Origin: Candidatus Omnitrophota bacterium
GTDB taxonomy: Bacteria; Omnitrophota; Gorgyraeia; Zapsychrales; Fredricksoniimonadaceae
Direction of reading: 5' to 3'
Length of the DNA: 64,000 bases
Assembly: GCA_903908245.1 (NCBI GenBank)
Contig: CAIVRE010000006.1
Span: 21,951-85,950 of the forward strand
Part shown: positions 60,595 to 64,000 of the stretch, piece after piece
Layout of the letters: every line of letters starts with the position of its first letter
How positions within the stretch are numbered: the first letter of the stretch is position 1
Notes under the pieces: generated by a model
The model's database searches: none
Told to the model about the DNA's origin: nothing
Seen by the model: only the letters and a program-made list of their open reading frames with translations
Program-made: the position numbers and the translations under genes

Positions 60595-61577
60595 GCCAGA
60601 TAACGCAAATTAAATGGTTTCAAAAAACCGTGATAGGCAAAACACCCGGGGCAATCCCCCTTCTTGGCGGATCGGAACATTACGCCCCTTTGAAGATCCA
60701 GCCCGTCCGGAAGGCCTCCTTTAAGGTCAACACAGCCCACCGGCGGCATATACAGGCATGGATGAACATCGCCGCCGGAAGTGATGAACAAACTATTCTT
60801 CGGCGTAGCGCAAGCCGAGATCCCCTTCCGGCCAGAGTCAAGCAAATGCAGGACAGCCTCGGCCATCGCCCGGTCGATCCCCTCTGCCCCGCCATGGAGA
60901 ATATCCAATACCTGCGCGCGTACGCTGGAACGCATCAATGCCGTCAACGAAGACAACGCCTGAACTCCCGGCCCGCCGCTGCGATGATAATACGCCGCAA
61001 CCCCATACTCCATGATCTTGGGAGAGAATCGCGCGCCGAAACGACGGGCAAGCCGATACACCTCCCCAAGGGCATGATAATTAACACGGTTAATGGTGAA
61101 CTTCAACTCCAGCTTAACACTGTCCCGGCACTCGCCCGCCAGGAACTCCAGCGTCTTCATTGTCTTGCGGTACGCCCCCTTGCCCCTCAGGGCATCATGC
61201 GCCTGCTCATCCCCGTCCACACTCACCCCTACCTCGATACCGTTGAACATTCTTCCTTGAGACTTGAACAGTCTTTGAATACGCGCGGTACAAGCCCCAT
61301 TCGTGTAAACACCATATCCGGTCACAAGGCCGCGCGATCTCATCAGCGCCAGAAAACGCAGGACCCCCCCGATCCCGGGATGCAGGAAAGGCTCGCCGCC
61401 CGTGACCGATATGAACCGGACCTGATAATTCCGCAACAGGCTTTCGGTCAACCGGATAAAACGGGACGCTGATATCTCGCGCCTGGAGCGTTCCTTCCAT
61501 ATCGCGCAAGCCCGGCAGCGCAGTTGACAGCGGTTGGTCACCTCAACGGTCACATCCCTTAATACAGCCTTGGTCAT
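60591..61577 (-). CDS. Radical SAM enzyme with C-terminal SPASM/twitch-like cysteine cluster
   Basis: CQLRCRAC (CX3CX2C) near the N-terminus. C-terminal cysteines CATPKNSLFITSGGDVHPC...CVDLKGG...CPGC. 4-nt overlaps on both sides. Confidence 0.75.
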   Translation of the reverse strand: MTKAVLRDVTVEVTNRCQLRCRACAIWKERSRREISASRFIRLTESLLRNYQVRFISVTGGEPFLHPGIGGVLRFLALMRSRGLVTGYGVYTNGACTARIQRLFKSQGRMFNGIEVGVSVDGDEQAHDALRGKGAYRKTMKTLEFLAGECRDSVKLELKFTINRVNYHALGEVYRLARRFGARFSPKIMEYGVAAYYHRSGGPGVQALSSLTALMRSSVRAQVLDILHGGAEGIDRAMAEAVLHLLDSGRKGISACATPKNSLFITSGGDVHPCLYMPPVGCVDLKGGLPDGLDLQRGVMFRSAKKGDCPGCFAYHGFLKPFNLRYLA

Positions 61578-62725
61578 TGCCTCACCAACCCTTTCAAGCC
61601 TCTGCCGGACGGGCCAGATTGAACACGGGCCAATACCGCATGCACAGACCTGTTAAGCTCCGCATGCCCGCAGTACCGGCACTCCCTCCAGCGGTCTTTC
61701 CTGATATCAATACACCGCATCGCGTCCTGCCGGATCTTCTGAAATTTGACTGACCCGAACCAGATATCCTTGAAAGATCCTTTATAAATATTCCCCGCGA
61801 TACAAACCCCGATATTGTCGCAGGGAGCGACGACCCTGCCCCGCTCGTCGATCAGGGCATTGAACCACCCGGTATAACAATGCACCCGCTCCTGCGGCAC
61901 CGCGTGATAATAAAAAAGCCTGTCGTTATTCCATTTTGTCGGCGCCATTGCCGCCCGGTCCTTCACAAACCCCTTTCGGGAAATGATATCGTGGATCTGC
62001 GACAAATTATTGATCGCCCGATGCCGGCCCTTTCCGGCCCTGGCAATGATCCCCAGCAAGGGTTTCATTGACCCCGGCGAAAACACCAGGGATTTCATCT
62101 CGACCGTAGCCTCAAAAAGGCGAAAAGCCACCCGGTCGACCTGAAAACGATCCGTCAGATCAAGATACGCCTCGATCTCCCTGTAATTCACTTCATTGAT
62201 AATGAACGTAAGCACCAGCGACGGCTTGCCGTACTTTGTACGCATGGCCGATAACAGGCGCAAATTGTCAATGACATCCCCGAACCCGTCTTTGCCATGA
62301 ATACGGCGGTAGGAAGCGGCCGTAGTGGCGGAAAGGTTGACATTAAGCCGGTCGGCCAACCGGAGGTAGTCGAGATGCTCCCGGCCATAATCCAGATGCG
62401 TATACGCCGCCAGCGACATCCCCAGGCGATGGACCAGGCGAAAAGCCTCGGCAACGCGTGGATACAGGGCCACCTCCCCTCCCTCCAGATTGATCTCCTC
62501 AACACCCATCCCGGCACAATCATGGATCAACCTTTTTAAAACATCAAAATCAATATCCTTGCGCTTTTCACGCCAGGAGACCATCGGAGAAAAATACCAG
62601 CAGAACCTGCACCGGCGGTCGCAGGCATTGGTCAAATGGACATTGACCGAACGCGGCCCGATCAGCGGCTTTCCCGAAAGGATCCCCTTGAACCTCAAAC
62701 GCTCGGATGCGCGGTCCCAACTCAC
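61574..62725 (-). CDS. Radical SAM enzyme with C-terminal SPASM/twitch-like cysteine cluster (paralogous partner)
   Basis: CDRRCRFC (CX3CX2C). C-terminal HCYTGW...APCDNIGVC...CRYCGH. Confidence 0.75.
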   Translation of the reverse strand: MSWDRASERLRFKGILSGKPLIGPRSVNVHLTNACDRRCRFCWYFSPMVSWREKRKDIDFDVLKRLIHDCAGMGVEEINLEGGEVALYPRVAEAFRLVHRLGMSLAAYTHLDYGREHLDYLRLADRLNVNLSATTAASYRRIHGKDGFGDVIDNLRLLSAMRTKYGKPSLVLTFIINEVNYREIEAYLDLTDRFQVDRVAFRLFEATVEMKSLVFSPGSMKPLLGIIARAGKGRHRAINNLSQIHDIISRKGFVKDRAAMAPTKWNNDRLFYYHAVPQERVHCYTGWFNALIDERGRVVAPCDNIGVCIAGNIYKGSFKDIWFGSVKFQKIRQDAMRCIDIRKDRWRECRYCGHAELNRSVHAVLARVQSGPSGRGLKGLVRQ

Positions 62726-63834
62726 TTCGACCTCCGTCCCAGAAAAGCTTTACAGACAGCCACGACCTCCCGCGCCTTATCCAGGCCCATGAAAGAATAC
62801 AGGGGAAGATGCAAGCCGCAGGCGAAATACTCTTCGCTCACAGGGTACTTCCTGCGGCATGACTTTTGATACGCTCCCATCGCATGCAACGGCGTATACG
62901 GGCGCTGCGCAAGGATACCGTGCAATGAAAGAAATGCGAACAGCTCATCCCTGACAGAGAAATACACCAGGAAATTCTGCGGCACGATCCCGGCCTTTTC
63001 CCTGTCCTTAAAAATACGCACCCCTTCCATGGATCCCAGCGCCCCTGCATAGAAATCGCTGACCTGTTTGCGCGAATCAATGATCTTTTTTAAATGCGCG
63101 AATTTAACCCGTAAAGCGACCAGGTCCATCAAAGGCAAAGGCGCGAAACGCTGCCCCAGCCGCAAAAGCTCCCCGTCATCTTTCCAATCCTCCATCCAGC
63201 CGCGGATCCGTTCATATTTTTTGTCATTAAAAACAACCATCCCGCCCCCGCCCCCGCAGGAGGAAAGCGGCTTGTAATAAGAGAACGAAAAAGCCCCCAT
63301 ATCCCCGTAACTCCCCAGCATCCGGCCCTTCCATCGTGAACTTTCAGCCTGGCAAACATCCTCCAGAAGCACGATCCCCCGGTCCCGGCAAAGGCGCACC
63401 AGACGGTCCAGGTCACACGGCCGGCCGAACATATGCGCCGCGACCACCGCTTTCGTACGGCGCGTGATCATTCGCTCGACCTCAACAGGATCCATGGTCA
63501 GGTCTTGCGCACGGGCATCCACAGGGACCGGCTTCGCCCCGCAATAGGAAACAGCCAAAGGGACTGCCTGATAGGTCAAGTCCGGCACAATGACCTCGTC
63601 CCCCTTCTTGACGCCATTGGCCAAAAGCATCATCTTCAATGCGTCGCTTCCGGAATTAACCGCCACCGCGTGTTTAACCCCGATATACGCCGCGAACCGG
63701 TCCTCAAAATCACGGATTAAAGGCTTGATATCATTAAGCCCGTCAAGGCCCTTCACACACCGTTCCAATTCGGACGCATACTCACATGCAAGCGCGCGCT
63801 CGACAAGTGCACATTCATAGCGGACTTTTATCAT
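62722..63834 (-). CDS. DegT/DnrJ/EryC1/StrS-family PLP-dependent sugar aminotransferase
   Basis: 370 aa with DegT-family conserved segments (AVNSGSDAL, GDEVIVP, FSFSYYKP with PLP-Lys). Confidence 0.8.
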   Translation of the reverse strand: MIKVRYECALVERALACEYASELERCVKGLDGLNDIKPLIRDFEDRFAAYIGVKHAVAVNSGSDALKMMLLANGVKKGDEVIVPDLTYQAVPLAVSYCGAKPVPVDARAQDLTMDPVEVERMITRRTKAVVAAHMFGRPCDLDRLVRLCRDRGIVLLEDVCQAESSRWKGRMLGSYGDMGAFSFSYYKPLSSCGGGGGMVVFNDKKYERIRGWMEDWKDDGELLRLGQRFAPLPLMDLVALRVKFAHLKKIIDSRKQVSDFYAGALGSMEGVRIFKDREKAGIVPQNFLVYFSVRDELFAFLSLHGILAQRPYTPLHAMGAYQKSCRRKYPVSEEYFACGLHLPLYSFMGLDKAREVVAVCKAFLGRRSK

Positions 63835-64000
63835 GCTATTCTCCCCATAAACCTTCGGTCAACCGCCTCGATGCTTTCGCATAATCCTGTATAAGCCCCC
63901 ACTCGCGCGGAGTACCGGCCGCCTCCGGAAGAACGGACAGCCAGGCCCGCATTAAAATTGCTCACGGCCCGGTAACTCGGCATTCCGTCCCTCTCGCCCA
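63831..64000 (-). CDS. C-terminal end of an upstream operon gene (hypothetical), ATGA-overlapped with the DegT gene
   Basis: Open frame to the window edge ending ...AVDRRFMGRIA* with its TGA overlapping the downstream ATG (ATGA), typical translational coupling. Confidence 0.5.
   Translation of the reverse strand, partial: GERDGMPSYRAVSNFNAGLAVRSSGGGRYSARVGAYTGLCESIEAVDRRFMGRIA

Noticed and set aside
60630-61472. 280-aa plus-strand ORF
   Set aside because: Antisense to the radical-SAM gene 60591..61577.
59115-63834. Assignment of the minus-strand operon to hopanoid side-chain (HpnH/HpnJ/HpnK/HpnO) or 2-deoxystreptamine (BtrN/BtrS) biosynthesis
   Set aside because: The deacetylase is NodB-like rather than YdjC or LmbE. 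The aminotransferase is DegT rather than class III. Neither radical-SAM protein has a B12 domain. No cyclase or inosose synthase is present. The analogy could not be supported from sequence.
63836-63952. 38-codon ORF (MRAWLSVLPEAAGTPREWGLIQDYAKASRRLTEGLWGE) upstream of the DegT/radical-SAM genes, considered as a RiPP precursor
   Set aside because: Another frame stays open to the window edge and ends with an ATGA overlap onto the DegT start, the typical arrangement for a real upstream gene. The small ORF is more likely a frame artefact.

Overview
This 64 kb window is from a high-GC diderm bacterium. It carries LPS and outer-membrane genes (lpxA, lpxC-fabZ, lpxD, lpxI, bamA, skp, mlaDEF, lolCD) alongside Firmicute-like mcsA-mcsB-clpC, a phylogenetically mixed gene set that suggests an uncultivated lineage. 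About 55 kb of the window is densely packed housekeeping genes, mostly on the minus strand in short operons with 1-4 nt overlaps. In window order these are metG-ricT-holB-tmk, cysS-cysE, ispF-ispD-yacL-radA and mlaDFE. Next come clpC-mcsB-mcsA-ilvE, lolDC-lysS, tRNA-Gln, ispE and hisG. ppiD on the plus strand follows, then cutA-pgeF-rmuC plus a response regulator. Then a TMTC-like GT-C/TPR protein (+), pgi and mnmA. The biotin operon birA-bioF-bioH-bioC-bioD/A comes next, followed by tRNA-Ala/tRNA-Leu on the plus strand. The last housekeeping genes are lpxI-lpxA-lpxC/fabZ-lpxD-skp-bamA, dnaB-rplI-rpsR-ssb-rpsF and pth-ctc-prs-glmU. The final ~9 kb (55.3-64.0 kb) differs in character and is the best candidate for an undescribed system. 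A 528-aa cysteine-rich secreted protein with a Flp/type-IV-pilin-like class III signal peptide is followed on the plus strand by a GT-B glycosyltransferase and an APH-fold kinase-like protein whose catalytic Asp is replaced by Asn. These converge on a tightly overlapping minus-strand operon: a DegT-type sugar aminotransferase, two tandem radical-SAM/SPASM enzymes, an AsnB/PseA-like PP-loop amidotransferase and a NodB-like deacetylase. This is plausibly a dedicated glycan and/or crosslink modification system for the pilin-like cysteine-rich protein. Other notable items are an AT-rich 194-bp element with 22-bp terminal inverted repeats between lolD and ilvE, and a ~27-nt duplication of the tRNA-Gln 3' end. 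There is an unannotated 33-aa bS22-like basic peptide gene, and a 26-bp-arm palindrome family immediately upstream of two strong sigma70-like promoters. A clear BirA operator precedes a bio operon that lacks bioB. Two gene fusions occur, BioD-BioA and LpxC-FabZ. No CRISPR array, transposase or integrase was seen. The supplied ORF track uses GTG/TTG as well as ATG starts, so several listed starts were refined to internal ATGs with Shine-Dalgarno support.
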